Assembly (NCBI GenBank): GCA_013239625.1
Contig: MU053487.1
Span: forward strand, 3,431,058 to 3,495,057
Direction of reading: 5' to 3'
From: Lama guanicoe
Lineage: Eukaryota
Length of the DNA stretch: 64,000 nt
The notes beneath the pieces were generated by a model. That model was not told the DNA's origin. It searched no databases and saw nothing but the letters and a program-made list of their open reading frames with translations. This document shows positions 49,701-62,354 of the stretch, piece by piece; positions within the stretch are counted from its first letter, which is position 1; every line of letters starts with the position of its first letter. Position numbers and translations under genes: made by a program.

Positions 49701-52456
49701 ATATGAGAGTTTCAAAAATGTGATTCTGTGGGAGATGAATGATGTGCCAGGAGAATGTGCTAGTGAGCCTGGCAGCTGTTTCTGCCTCTGTTGGTCAGAT
49801 AGTAGCATGACTGAAGTACTTCGGACCGGTTTTCTTTGCTGGATTTTGGGAGTATAATTTTCTGTGGGAGTACAGATTTCAAAACTTAGCCAGCCGTTTT
49901 GGTCATATTTGCCACTGGTCAGAAATCAAGTTTTAGAAGAAACTGCCCAAAATATTTATTACTGAGGCAGTAGGGCACGCTATAGGCAGAGGAGAGCTCT
50001 GTGTTTTTCTCTGCTTGTATTTAAAGATCTGCTGAGCTTTTTGGGAGCAGTTTTGGTGTAGTCGAACGTAGCCATTACCAGTTTTCGATAGGACCTGACT
50101 GCAGTAGTCCTCTCTTATCCATGCTTTTGCCTTCTGCTGTTTCAGTCAGCTGTGAACCACAGTCCAAAAATATTAAATGGAAAATTCTGGAAATAAATAA
50201 ATCATATGTTTTAAATTGGCATGTAGCTAAGTAGCATGATGAAATCTAGCACCTCCCGCTCTGTCCTACCGGGAATGTGGATCCTCTGTTGTCCAGTGTA
50301 TCCCACCCGTTGGTCAGTAACCATATCGCTTTCATAGTGCGTGTGTTCGGAAAACCCTTATTTTACTTAGTAATGGCCCCCAAATGCAAGAGTAGTGATG
50401 CCAGCCATTTGGATATGCCAAAGAGAAGCTGTAAAGTGCTTTCTTTAAGTGGAAAGGTGAAAGTTGTTGGCTTAAGAAAAAAAATTGTATACTGAAGTGG
50501 CTAAGATCTATCGTAAGAAGGAACCTCCTATCCATGAAATTGTGAAGAAGAAAAAAGAAACTCGTGCTAGTTTTGCTGCTGCACCTCCAGCTGTAAAAGT
50601 TTCAGCCACTAAGCATGATTGCTTAGTTTAGATGGAAAAGCCATTAAATTCATTCAGTAAGGTATTTTAAGAGAGACCACATTCACATAACTTTTATTAC
50701 AGTAAATTGTTATAATTGTTCTATTTCGTTATTAGTTATTTTGTTAATCTCTTACTATGCCTAAATTATAAATTAAGTTTTATCATAGGTATGTATAGGA
50801 AAAAGCATAGTGTGTGTAGGATTTGGTACTGTACGCGGTTTCAGGAATCCACTGGGGTCTTGGAACGTATCCTCTGCGAATAAGGGGTGACTACAGTGTA
50901 AAATCATTTGAGTCTTCTGTATTTTTCTGACTCTCATTCAGTTCTATCAAGAGATCTTTTTAAGCATTTAAAACTAGTACTAATATTTCAGGGTACTGTG
51001 TTTTCCCCAGTCAGTACTTTGTGTTTTAAAATAATTAATAAGACAGCACCTCACACTAAAATAATACTTCAACAGTTGTTTCATCTGCATACTCTCCCTT
51101 CCCCCTACTCAGATTATTTTAAGCAGGTCACAGATATATTGTTTTAGCCATAAATATTTCAATACATATTTTTAGAAGGAAAGAATTTCTTAAAAATATA
51201 ACCACAGTACTGTTAACTGCCCCTAAAAAATTTAATAGTAAGTAGTAGTTCCTTATTACCAATTTTATAATCAGTGTTGAAATTTCCCTTATTGTCTTTA
51301 CTTTTTTTATTTTTGGTTGATTCTAACCTGGTCCACACATAGATTTGGGTGATATCTCTTTAGTCCCTTTTAATCTGTAAGTTTCTTTCCCACTTTTTTT
51401 TTCCTCCCCTTGCAAATTATTTGTTGAAGACCTGGGATGTTAGTCCTATAGAATTTTCTTTCCATATCCTGACTGATTACATACGTGTAGAAGCTTTTAA
51501 CAGTTTCCTTTCTCAAGGGATATAGTTTTGGGAGGAAAATGTTATCTTTAGTTGGGCATATATGCGTAATATGTACTAATGTGGATTTTACTTTTTAGAT
51601 AAGGAAACTGAGGAAGGATGTCATGCATTGTTACTGCTCATAAATCTCTTGCAACTGCAGCATAAAAAAGTGCATATTAAAACTGCTTGTCATTTTTAGC
51701 TAATAAATTGGCAAAAACAGTTTTTAAGTGATAAATCCCAGTGTTGTAAAGATTGTTGAGAAACTGCATGTCATATTTTGGAATTTATAGATTTGTACAG
51801 TCTCATTAAAAATACTAGTTTTACATATAATCAAGCATCATTAAAATATTTATTCAATAAATTCTAGCCCTTGAAATTTATTCTAAGGGTAATTCACAAT
51901 GTTGATAATAATGGATAATAATGTACAATGTTGCATTATTTAAGAAATGTTAGAATAAACCCGGTTGTCCTACAATAGGAATGATTACATAAGAAAGATG
52001 TATCTTGTTGAAATGATACATAGTTCTTCAAAAAAGTGAGAACTATGGCACAGAAGAATAAGGGAAAAAACAACAAAATTTCAGTTCTTAATTGTACAAT
52101 GACTGCAAACACAGGAAAATGCAGATAGTTTTATAAATGTGTGTAATTTTTAAGTTTTTTGGTTTAGTAAGTAAACTGGGAAAAAATGTTCCTTATATGC
52201 TTGTAGTGTTTGTGCCATATTCTCTTGTTTACACTTTTCTAATTCCATATTCTTGGTATCTTTTCTTAGGACTTGATATGGTTTGCCCTTTTCTACATTC
52301 ATGTCCTAGAATATCATACTTGTTTTTGCTTTGCTTTTCAGAATAGAAATGTACTGTCGAGAACTGACAGAGAGGTTTGAGGACGTCTGGATAGTATCTG
52401 GACCATTGACCTTACCTCAGACTGGAAGTGACGGAAAGAAAACAGTTAGTTACCAG
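43412..52456 (+). CDS. EXOG: Exo/endonuclease G (EXOG/ENDOGL1), exons 1-5 (163+150+140+77+115 = 645 nt, 215 codons); 3' end outside the window
   Basis: Spliced frame MAAKSFASRVRGSRRFLNGFVAGAVVG...LEQFGFPLTGTETRHYTNHALSYDQAKRVPRWVLEH...GWSRGHMAPAGNNK...TFYLSNIVPQ...NNAGYWNRIEMYCREL...SGPL...VSYQ; catalytic His falls at codon 140. Confidence 0.97.
44736..44885 (+). CDS. EXOG: EXOG exon 2
   Basis: Long poly-T tract, ttag|GTTCT...ATGG|gtagg; SPEKALLEQFGFPLTGTETRHYTNHALSYDQAKRVPRWVLEHISKSKIM. Confidence 0.95.
45976..46122 (-). mobile_element. tRNA-derived SINE (Vic-1-like, longer tail form)
   Basis: ggaggtgctggggattgaacccaggaccttgtgcatgc core; flanked by agttctttt repeats. Confidence 0.85.
48030..48169 (+). 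CDS. EXOG: EXOG exon 3 (SRGH active site)
   Basis: tcag|GTGAT...TCT|gtagg; DADRKHCKFKPDPNIPPTFSAFNEDYVGSGWSRGHMAPAGNNKFSS. Confidence 0.95.
48930..49110. mobile_element. MER5A-like hAT MITE
   Basis: agtggttctcagcctt...gaatcagaattctaggg...caggcatcaatatttt...ggttgagagctgct. Confidence 0.7.
49619..49695 (+). CDS. EXOG: EXOG exon 4 (metal-binding Asn region)
   Basis: acag|AAAGCC...ACAG|gtaag; KAMAETFYLSNIVPQNFDNNAGYWNR (too short for the ORF track). Confidence 0.95.
50102..50896 (+). mobile_element. Tigger7-derived element (MER44-like) with transposase N-terminal remnant
   Basis: TIRs cagtagtcctctcttatcc / gaataaggggtgactacag; peptide MAPKCKSSDASHLDMPKRSCKVLSLSGKVKV. Confidence 0.8.
52342..52456 (+). 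CDS. EXOG: EXOG exon 5
   Basis: tcag|AATAG...CCAG|gtagg; IEMYCRELTERFEDVWIVSGPLTLPQTGSDGKKTVSYQ. Confidence 0.95.
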
Positions 52457-52499
52457 GTAGGAACAGGTTTTAACATTCAGGCTTATGTTATTTGCATGA

Positions 52500-53500
52500 G
52501 ATTATAATCTCGTTCTGTATGCTGCTTTTTAATTTCATTTATTCAATGGGATTTATCAAACAGCTGTTGGAATGATAGGCTTACAGGATATAATGATGGA
52601 TTAAAAAGCAGCCATTGACTTCAAGTTTAGTAAGGGAGACAGACATGTTATCAATTAGTCATTTTAACATGTGATATCTGTACAGCTACATAGATGAAAT
52701 GGTGTCAGAAAGAATGGACCAGCCCTATTTGCGTGGATCAGGAAGACTTACTGGAGGAGACTTGATAGATGATTAGGAATAAACTGAGTCAGGAGGGGAG
52801 CAGGGGAACTCCAGAAGATGGAGCAGTGTGAGCCCAGGGCGTTTATGGTCAACAGCACAGTTCTGGGATTTAGGTTTCACTGATCAAGACTGGAGCTTGT
52901 GGTACAAAATAGTATGGGTGGCTCAGAGGGAGGTTGGAGATTTCTATAATAGTTAGGAGAGGGGCCAGATAACGGAGGGCTTTGTATTTCTTGAAGACTT
53001 CAATTTTGGTTTTTAGACAGATAAGTCACAGATTTTTTTAAGCATGAGTGATGTGATTTGTTTGGGGTTTTACTGAGTATTCTGGTGGCACTGTGTAGAG
53101 AGGTAGGTGAGGAAGGTGGTGTTTATAGGAGAGACTGGAGGCCAGGAGGTGAGCTGGGACATTCTTGCAGAGTCCACGCGAGAACAGATGCAGGGCTGAA
53201 CACAGGCAGGTGGAGTGAAGCGGATGAGCAGAATACAGGAAAGGGTAACCATGAATCTTGTTTTTGGGTGAGGAAGAGGGAACAGTTGAAGACATACAGA
53301 TTGCAGTCAGTTGAATAAATGGGAGGAAAAGCTTTTCTTTTAGATGCTTGGATTTTTTAAAAAAGGTCAAGTTTTTTTATATGCAAGATATTTGAGAATT
53401 GTATCGACTGAAGGAAAGGGAGATTAAAGATGTAAGAAAGTATTATTAGTGGTATGAGAGCTTTAGACAGCTCATATTGTTGTCTGAGACTGATGATTCT
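52500..53500. mobile_element. Decayed L2 LINE (similar remnants near 2400-2900 and 45120-45660)
   Basis: Purine-rich L2 3' motifs (atcaggaagacttactggagg, ggagactggaggccaggagg); boundaries approximate. Confidence 0.5.
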
Positions 53501-54339
53501 GCCAGGAGGGTGGCTGAATGGGTGTACTGTGAGATCCAGAGGGCCGGGGACGAAGTGCACTGAGGAGGAAGCAAGGTGATAGTAAAGAGAGAAGGACTGA
53601 AGGACTTTCTGGGGAAGTCAAAGAGGAGGTGTGTTTGGAGGGAACTTCTTGTGGTGTTCAGAAAATGCTGCTTAGGTCACGTGATTACGTAAGGGGGTCT
53701 GTGATAAAAACTGAATGACCTGGGAAACAGGATTAGGAAAACAAAACAACTTCAGGGTATATTCTGTCCTACTTGACTTGCTTATTACCAGCCTGTCTGC
53801 CTGTGATGTGCAGTGGTGTGTAAGCATCCAAGGTGTTCATATAGGCACTCCCGCCCTCAGAGAATTCCAGGAGTTCTTGTGGGAGTGAAGGAGTGGCAAC
53901 GAGTTAGTATTTTAAGCAGATTAATCTCTCTCCTCTGATCATCTTATTAACTTTAGTATTTTTTTGTAATATTAGAAGAAAAAAATGGCTTGAAGCTCCC
54001 TGTAGTCTCTTTTCAAATACTAATTATTCTTGAGCTTTGGTAAATCCTCTTTACTCTTACCATTGGAAAATAGATTCTCCCAGCTTTCACTTCTAAACCT
54101 TAAAGTCATCAAATTACAGTTTTATGTGTGCTTTGTTTTCATAAAATTGAAAGATTTATATGACTCACTGTGTAGTAGAAGAAGAAATGTGTACAAAGTT
54201 TAAAAGGGAAAATTAACCAGTAATTATGAGTATTTTACTTAGCAGCTTTTTTGGTGTGTGTGAATATTTCTGTTAAATATGTTTTGGCCAAATGCTGTCA
54301 TGCAAAGTATATTGCTTTTCTTAAGCTGGATATAATTTT

Positions 54340-55610
54340 TTGAAATGTAACTTATAAAAAATATTATATATCTGCTGAAAGGGCCTAGAAGCAGTGATAT
54401 GCTGTTAGCAGTGAGTGTGCCTTGAGACCAGGTCTTAATATCTAAAAAACTATCTCCTGCCGAAAGAACCCAGCACTTGCAGAAATGACTGATTCCAGGG
54501 CTGGTTCAGGGAAGGTACAGAATGGAACATCTTGTGCCAGGAAGTAAGAAAGTGCTCACACTATTGGTGAGGACGTGTCCAAAGGACACAGGAATCAGTT
54601 TGATGGAGTTCTAACTTACCGTGTTTGGAACTAGTTGATATAAAAATAAAATGGATTATAGATATGTTGAATTAAATAACAATCTATGCTTTTAATAAGT
54701 AAATACATGGGTGTAAGAAAAAGCTGCTTCTGGTGGATGGTCAACTAATAAGTTTGTGAGAATGAAACAGAAAAATCATTTTGTAACCATCACGGTAGTA
54801 AGTGTTTCGGACAATCATCAGTGGATGTTATAACTAGAAAGTTTTGTGAGGAACAGGACATTTATATAGCCTAAAAGAATGCCCCCACAAACTACTTATT
54901 AATAGCAAAGCAAGAAATGATAACTCTGCAGTAGAGAAACCCCCCTTCAACTGAGTGATCGAAGTTAATATTGCCAGTATGGGGCCTACTGATAAACTGT
55001 ACTTCCTAGTGGGATGTATTAAGCAGGATACAGTATCACTTCTGTGATATTTCTCCCCAAAACGCAGAGTGTTGAGTCTCATCATGCAGAAGTATCAGGC
55101 AAACCCCAACTGAGGAACATTCTGTGAAGCAGCTGATTTGTGCTCTTCAAAAATGTTAGTGTTGTGAAAGAAAGAGACAGAAATTAGGTGTGCCAGATTA
55201 ATGGAGACTAAGAGCTGCAGACTAAAATGCATGGAAACGAAATGTAATGTGTTGTCTTAGATCAGATCCTAGATCAGGAAAACAGGAGTTGCTAAAGAAG
55301 ACTTTATTTGGACAACTGGCAACATTTGAGGTGTGTAGATTAGATAATTATATTTTATCAGTGTTAAATTTCCTGATTTTTATAATTATACTGTAATTGT
55401 GAAAGTAAATGTCTTTGCTCCTAGAAATACATCCTGAAAGATGTGTCTTCGACTTATTTTCAAAAAGTTTAGTGAAAAGAAATAGAAGAAAAGGCAGTAG
55501 TTAAAACAAATTGGGCAAAATGTTATCAGTTGATGAACCTGGGTGAAGGGTACACAATGTTCTGTGTGTCATCCTTACAAATTTTAAATTTGCAGTTGGT
55601 TCAGAATGAA
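54340..55610 (+). mobile_element. Ancient L1MC-type 3' region
   Basis: gaaatgactgattccagggctgg, tgttaaatttcctgatttt motifs typical of L1MC 3' ends. Confidence 0.6.
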
Positions 55611-55760
55611 GCAAATATACATGTATGTATATTTTAATATATCTTTTCTATATGAGAATTCTCATTACACTGGATAATATGTATTTTCTATGCCAGAATT
55701 CTCATTAAACTAGAATATATAAATCTAACCACTAAAGACTTAACCTTTTTTAAAATATAC

Positions 55761-58690
55761 TTTTTTATTGAAGTATGATCAGTTTACAGTGTTGTGTCAA
55801 TTTCTGGTGTACAGCACAATGCATCAGTCATATATGAAAATACATGTATTCATTTTCATATTCTTTTTCACCATAAGTGACTGCAAGATATTGAATATAG
55901 TTCTCTGTGCTATACACTATAAACTTGTTTATCTATTTTATATATAGTAGTTAGGCTCTGCAAATCTCAAATCTCAATTTATCCCTTTCTACCCCCTTCC
56001 TCCCCAGAAACCATAAGTTTGTTTTCTATGACTGTGAGTCTGTTTCTGTTTTGTAAATAAGTTCTTTTGTCTTTTTTTCTAGATTCCACATGTGAGTGAT
56101 ATCATGTGGTATTTTTCATTCTCTTTCTGGCTTACTTCATTTAGAATGACAGTCTCCAGGTCCATCCATGTTGCTGCAAATGGGTTTATTGTATTCTTCT
56201 TTATGGCTCTGTAGTATTCTGTTATATTAATATACCACGATTTCTTAATCCAGTCATCTGTCGATGGACAAATAGCTTGCTTCCATGTCTTGGCTATTGT
56301 ATATAGTGCTGCTATGAACATTGGGGTGCATGTATCTTTTCAAGTTCCCTCCAGATATATACCCAGAAGTGGGATTGCTAGATCATATGGTAAGTCTATC
56401 TTTAGTTTTTTGAGGAATCTCCATGCTGTTTTCCATAATGGCTGCACTAAACTACATTCCCACCAACAGTGTAGGAGGGTTCCCTTTTCTCCACAGCCTC
56501 TCCAGGGTTTATCATTTATGGCCTGGATCATATGGTAAGTCTATTTTTAGTCTTTGGAATCTCCAGACTGTTTTCCATAAAGGGTGCACCGAGCTACATT
56601 CCCACCAGCAGTGTAGGAGGGCTCCCTTTTCTCCACAGCCTCTGCACCATTTATCGTTTGTGAACTTTTGAATGACGGCCATTCTGACTGGTGTGAGGTG
56701 ATACCTCATTATAGTTTTGGTTTGCGTTTCTCTGATAAGTAGCGAGATTGAGGCTTCTTTCATGTGCCTCTTAGCCATTGATATGTCTTAACTGGAGAAT
56801 TGCTTGTTTAGGTCTTGGGCCCATTTTTGGATGGTTCATTTGTTTTTTTGTTAAGTTGTGTGAACTGTTTACATTTCTGGAAATTAACCTTTTGTCAGTG
56901 TCACATCACTTGTGGGTATTTTCTCCCATTTCGTTGGTTGCTGTTTTGTTTTGGTTATGGTTTCCTTTGCTGTGCAAAAGCTTATAAGTTCAGTTACGTC
57001 CCACTTGTTAGTTTTTGCTTATACTTCCATTGCCTGGATAGACTGCCCTAGGAGAACATGGCTACGATTTGTGTCAGAGAAGGTTTTACCTCTGTTTTCT
57101 TGTAGATTTATCGTGTCTAGTGCTACATTTAAGTCTTTTAGCCATTTTGAGTTTATTTCTGTGTTTGGTGTGAGGGAGTGTTCTAACTTCATTGATTTAC
57201 ACGCTGCTATCCATTTTTCCCAACATCACTTGCAGAAGAGAGTGCCTTTTCTCCTTTGCGTATTCTTGCCTTCTGTGTCGAAGGTTAATTGACTGTAGGT
57301 CTGTGGGTTCATTTCTGGGCTCTCTGTTTTCTTCCGCTGATCCGTGTGTCTGTTTTTATGCCAATACCAGTCTATTTTTATTACTGTCGCTGGGTAGTAT
57401 TGTCGGAAGTCTGGGTTGATTATTCCTCCAGATCCATTCTTTTTCTTCAACATTGCTTTGGCAATTCTGGGTCTTTCATGATTCCAGATAAATTTTAGAA
57501 GATTTTGTTCTAGTTCTGTGAAAAATGTCCTTTGGTAATTTGATAGGCATCACACTGAATCTGTAGATTGCCTTGGGCAGCATGGCCATTTTTACAATAT
57601 TGGTTCTTCCAATCCAAGAACATGGGATATCTTTCCATTTCTTCAAGTCCTCTTTAAGTTCCTTAATCGGTGTTTTGTAGTTCTTCCTGTATAAATCTTT
57701 CACCTTCTTAGTCATATTTATTCCTAAGTATTGTATTGTTTTGGATGTGATTTTAAAAGGAATTGTTTCTTTACTCTATTTTCCTTCTATTTCATTGTTA
57801 GTGTAAAGAAATGCAAATGATTTCTGTATGTTCACCTTATATCCTGCTACGCTGTCAAATTCTTTTATCAGCTCTAATGGTTTGTGTGTGGAGCCTTTAG
57901 GGATTTCTATATATTGGATCATGTCATCTGTATATAGTGACAGTTTTATCTCTTCTCTTCCAATATGGGTCCTTTTTGTTTGTATTTCTTGCCTCCTTGC
58001 TGTGGTAGGATTTCTGAGACTATGTTGAATAGAAGTGGTGAGTGTGGGCATCCTTGTCTTGTTCCAGGTTTTAGCGGGAAGGCTTTCAGCTTGTCACTGC
58101 TGAGTATTATCTGGGCTGTGGGCTTGTCATAAATAGCTTTTATTGTGTTGAGATATGTTCCCTCTATACCCACTTTGGTTAGAGGTTTTATCATAAATGG
58201 GTGTTGAATTTTATCAAATGCTTTTTCTGTATCGATTAAGATGATCATGTGGTTTTTGTCCTTTCTCTTGTTGATGTGGTGTGTCACATTGATTTACATA
58301 TGTTGAACCATGTTTGTGTCCCTGGGTTGAACCCAACTTGATCATAATGTGTAATTGTTTTCATATGTGGTTGGATTCTGTTTGGTAATATTTTGTTGAG
58401 GACTTTTACGTCTATGTTCATCAACGCTATTGACCTATGTAGCTTTCTTTTTTGGTAGTGTCTTTGGCTTTGGTATCAGGGTGATGGTGGCTTCATAGAA
58501 TGAGTTTAGGAGTATTCCCTCTTCAGTCTTTTAGAAGAGTTTGAGAAGGAGCGATATGAGCTCTCCTTTGTATGTTTAATGGAACTCCCCTGTGAAACCA
58601 TCTGGTCTTGGACTTTTGTTTGCAGCGAGGTTTTTTATTGCTGATTCTATTTCGCTTCTAGTAATCAGTTATTCAAAGGATCTAATTCTC
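55761..58690 (-). mobile_element. Older 5'-truncated LINE-1, frameshifted ORF2 (RT to C-terminus), with internal duplication
   Basis: ORF2-like peptides on the minus strand (e.g. [39 protein letters not shown]); L1 3' UTR near 55760-56080. Confidence 0.93.
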
Positions 58691-58699
58691 CTTTTTCTT

Positions 58700-59044
58700 T
58701 CCCTTTTTTTTTTTTTTGTAATGGAAGTAGAGTCGTCTACATTGTGTCAATTTCTGGTGTACAACACAGTTGTCCCAGTCTATACATACACACACACAGA
58801 TATACATACTCTTTATTAAATGTTATTATGAGATACTGAATATAGTTCTGTGTGCTATACAGTATAAACTTGTTGTTTATCTGTTTTATCCATATTACTT
58901 AGTGTCCGCAAATCTTGCACTCTCAATTTAGCCCTTCCTCTGCCCTTGGTAACCGTAAGTTTGTTTTCTGTGTCCATGAGTTTGTTTCTTTTTTGCAGAT
59001 AAATTTATTTGTGTCTTTTTTTTAGACCCCACATGTAAGTGATA
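58700..59044 (-). mobile_element. Short LINE-1 3'-end fragment
   Basis: Poly-T followed by the same L1 3' UTR motifs as 55760-56100 (tgtgtcaatttctggtgtaca, cttggtaacc, ccacatgtaagtgata). Confidence 0.85.
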
Positions 59045-60508
59045 GTCTGCAACTTTTTATCAATTTTTTTTCTTAACTTGTACTCAGATTTTGCTGAAGC
59101 TCTAAACACCTGCAGTATCACAGAGGCCTCTATTAAGTTTCTCTGTTCCCAGTTCTTTTGGTGTCAGTCTATTTGGAGTCCAGAAATCATGATGAGGAAG
59201 TATACATTTTTACTTTTCTCATCCTCTAAGCTGTCAGGAATGAAGAATACCATAAGATCTGAAAAGAGAACTCCATTTACAGTGAAATCAGGAAATGTCG
59301 AGTCTTATGTCAAGGAATTTCAAATAATATCTGAAACCTACAGTTCATTTGGAGTAAATTACAAAAGGATATTAAGTTGGCATGTCTTCTCTTACTAAAT
59401 CATGGGGCAGGGTACTGGAATGAGTTAGGTAGTTCCAGAAGGGCCCCACCAGTAGCAAGCCACAGGAGAAACTTCTGGAACCTTCCTTGGAGTTTATCCC
59501 TTTCTGTTGGAATACTAGGACTGGTCAGGTGGTTGTAATCTGTAAAAGCACAGATTTTACGTCCGATCTGTCCTTGTATTTTTATTTTGATACTTGCTTG
59601 CATTTGGTCCTGGGAGTATGATCAGACTTCGTTAAAGTTCAGTTTTATCTGCAAAATTTGGATAATAATATTTGCCTCATTGGGATGTTGGGACCATTGT
59701 TTAGTACCTAGCAAATAGTAGGTGTTCAGTAAATGTCAGCTACTATTATTATTCCTTTGGTGGAAGACTTAAGAAATCTCAGTGACATTAAATTCCTGAA
59801 GAGAATGAAGTGGTATCTACAAAGAATTCATTACTCAGATTGGTTAACATTAACATATCAAGTTAATGAAAAAAAGATGATCTCTCAGTATTCTAAAACT
59901 TCAGAAATGTAACTCCTACCTATTGCTAGAGAAATTGCTTTAGACATACTTCAGTTAACTGAAATATGAATCAAATAAAGAATTCACAAAATGGAAAAGC
60001 TGTGAACAGAACATTTAAGAATTAAGTCTTGTAATTAATCTTACACAACAGATTGTAATAGACGGTATTCTTGAAATAAAGCTGCCCGAGGTCTAATATG
60101 TAATGGTTTTATAATAGATAAAGACAAAAACCAAAGGATGTACCAACAACAACCAGGGGATTCCAGGGGGAGTGGGAGAGAGGCATCGCAGTATAAGTGC
60201 ACCGAGTTCTTCATTTTTCATAGGGGCTGTCAGTGCACTCTGCTTCATATCAGAAGCTGGTAAAAATAGAGGTTTATGCATATGTACACCTATAAAATGA
60301 ACACTAACAGAACCAACTCTCCCCTAACAGAACAAAACAATAAAATAAAACAACCCAAAAAGACGCTATAGCAAAAGACAGAAAACTAAGGAAACATACT
60401 AATAAGATGACAGACCAGTTACATGTTATAACAGTAAATATAATATATTCAGTTAATGAAAGTAAAATATCTCAGATTGGATCAGAGTGTAAAAGCCAAC
60501 TAATTATT

Positions 60509-60651
60509 TATTTATTATTTATTTATTTATTTAGGCAGGATGAGGGAGGTAATTATTTATCTATTTATTTATTTACTTTTGGAGGAGGTACTGGGGATTC
60601 AACCCAGGATCTTGTGCATGCTCTCTACCACTTGAGCTATAACCTCTCCCC
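60509..60651 (-). mobile_element. tRNA-derived SINE (Vic-1-like)
   Basis: ggaggtactggggattcaacccaggat core, (TTTA)n tail; TSD aaaagc[c/a]aactaat[t/a]att at 60491 and 60652. Confidence 0.85.
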
Positions 60652-60669
60652 AAAAGCAAACTAATAATT

Positions 60670-61806
60670 TTTTTGAAAACAACTTTATTGTGATATAATT
60701 TCTGTACAGTAAACTACGCATATTTTAGATGTATAATTTGATGAATTTTGATAAATGAATTCACCTATGAAGTCACCACCACAATCAAGATAGCTAACAT
60801 TTCCATCACTCCCCAAGAGGTACAGATTTCATACTCCCAATTTATCCCTCCCAACCCTTTACCCCTTGGTAACCATGAATCTGTTCTCTATGTCTGTGAG
60901 TCTGTTTCTGTTTTGTAAATAAGTTTGTATGTGTGTTTGTTGGTTTTTTTAGATTCCACGTATAAGTGATATCATGTGGTATTTTTCTTTCTCTTTCTGG
61001 CTTTCTTCACTTAGAATGACAGTCTCCAGGTCCATCCATGTTGCTGCAAACAGCATTATTTTGTTCTTTTTTATGGCTGAGTAGTTAGTATTCCATGCAC
61101 GAGTGCGTATGTGTGCGCGTGCGTGGATGCGTGCATGCACACACACATACATACCCCACCACAACTTCTGTATCCAGTCTTTTGTTGATGGACATTAGGT
61201 TGTTTCCATGTCTTGGTTATTGTAAATAGTGAACATTGGGGTGCATGTGTCTTTCTAAATTATATTTTTCTTTGGATACATGCCCAGGAGTGGGATTGTT
61301 AGAGCATATGGTAAGTTTATTTTTGTTTTTTTTAAGGAACCTCCATACTGTCCTCCATAGTGGCTGCACCAATTTACATTCCCACTAGCAGTGTAGGAGG
61401 GTTCCTTTTGTTCCACGCCCTCTCCAGCATTTATTGTTTGTGGGCTTTTTAATGATGGCCATTCTGAGTGGTGTGAGGTGATACCTCATTGTTAGTTTTG
61501 ATTTGCATTTCTCTAACAATTAGTGATAATGAGCATCTTTTCATGTGCTTGTTGACCATCTGGATGTCTTCTTTGGAGAGATGTTTATTTAGGTCTTCTA
61601 CCCATCTTTTTTGATTGGGTTGCTTTTTTTTTTGGTTTTTTTTTTTTTTGTAATAAGTTGTATGAGCTGTTTGTATATTTTGGAAGTTAGTCCCTCGTTG
61701 GTTGCATCACTTGCAAATGTTTGCTCCCATTCTGTAGGTTGTCTTTTTGTTTCGTGGATGGTATCCTTAGCTGTGCAAAAGCTTTCAAGTTTAATTAGGT
61801 CCCATT
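60670..61806 (-). mobile_element. 5'-truncated LINE-1 3' end
   Basis: ORF2 C-terminal remnant ([33 protein letters not shown]) and L1 3' UTR. Confidence 0.9.
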
Positions 61807-62354
61807 AGGTAATATACTCAACTATTGAAAGTAAAAATCTCAGATTGGATGAGAAAGTAAAAGCGAACTAGTTATTAACTCAGAAAGATTAAAAGTTTAA
61901 AACAAATGGGTAAAAATAAATTAAACAAACCCAAACAGAAAATGAACAGAGATTATGATGTTAGTATCAGACAGTATTGTGTTCTACCCAGTTGTGTAGC
62001 ATCAGCATTTATCACAGAAAATACTGCATAAATACAAAAAGGCATGAGAGGATTAGAGTAATATTGGGAAGTTTCGACAATCCTCTTTCAGTTCTTGACA
62101 AATACTAGGTTAAAAGTACTCAATTATACAACTTGGTCATATTTTAGGCCACAGAGAATCCTCATATTTTAAAGTAAATTATCATAGGGAATATTTGTCT
62201 CAGAAAGGCTTCCACCGTGACATTACCTAGGTGTATTGCTACCTTATGAGTATTCTGTTTTATCAATACCTTTTAAAACATCTAGATAAGATGTCAAATA
62301 CTGATAGATAGATTTTTCTACTTTAATCTTCGTTGTAGTAAATTATACAAATAG

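Noticed and set aside
50277..50495. Transposase-like ORF
   Set aside because: Short N-terminal remnant in a non-autonomous Tigger element; no catalytic domain
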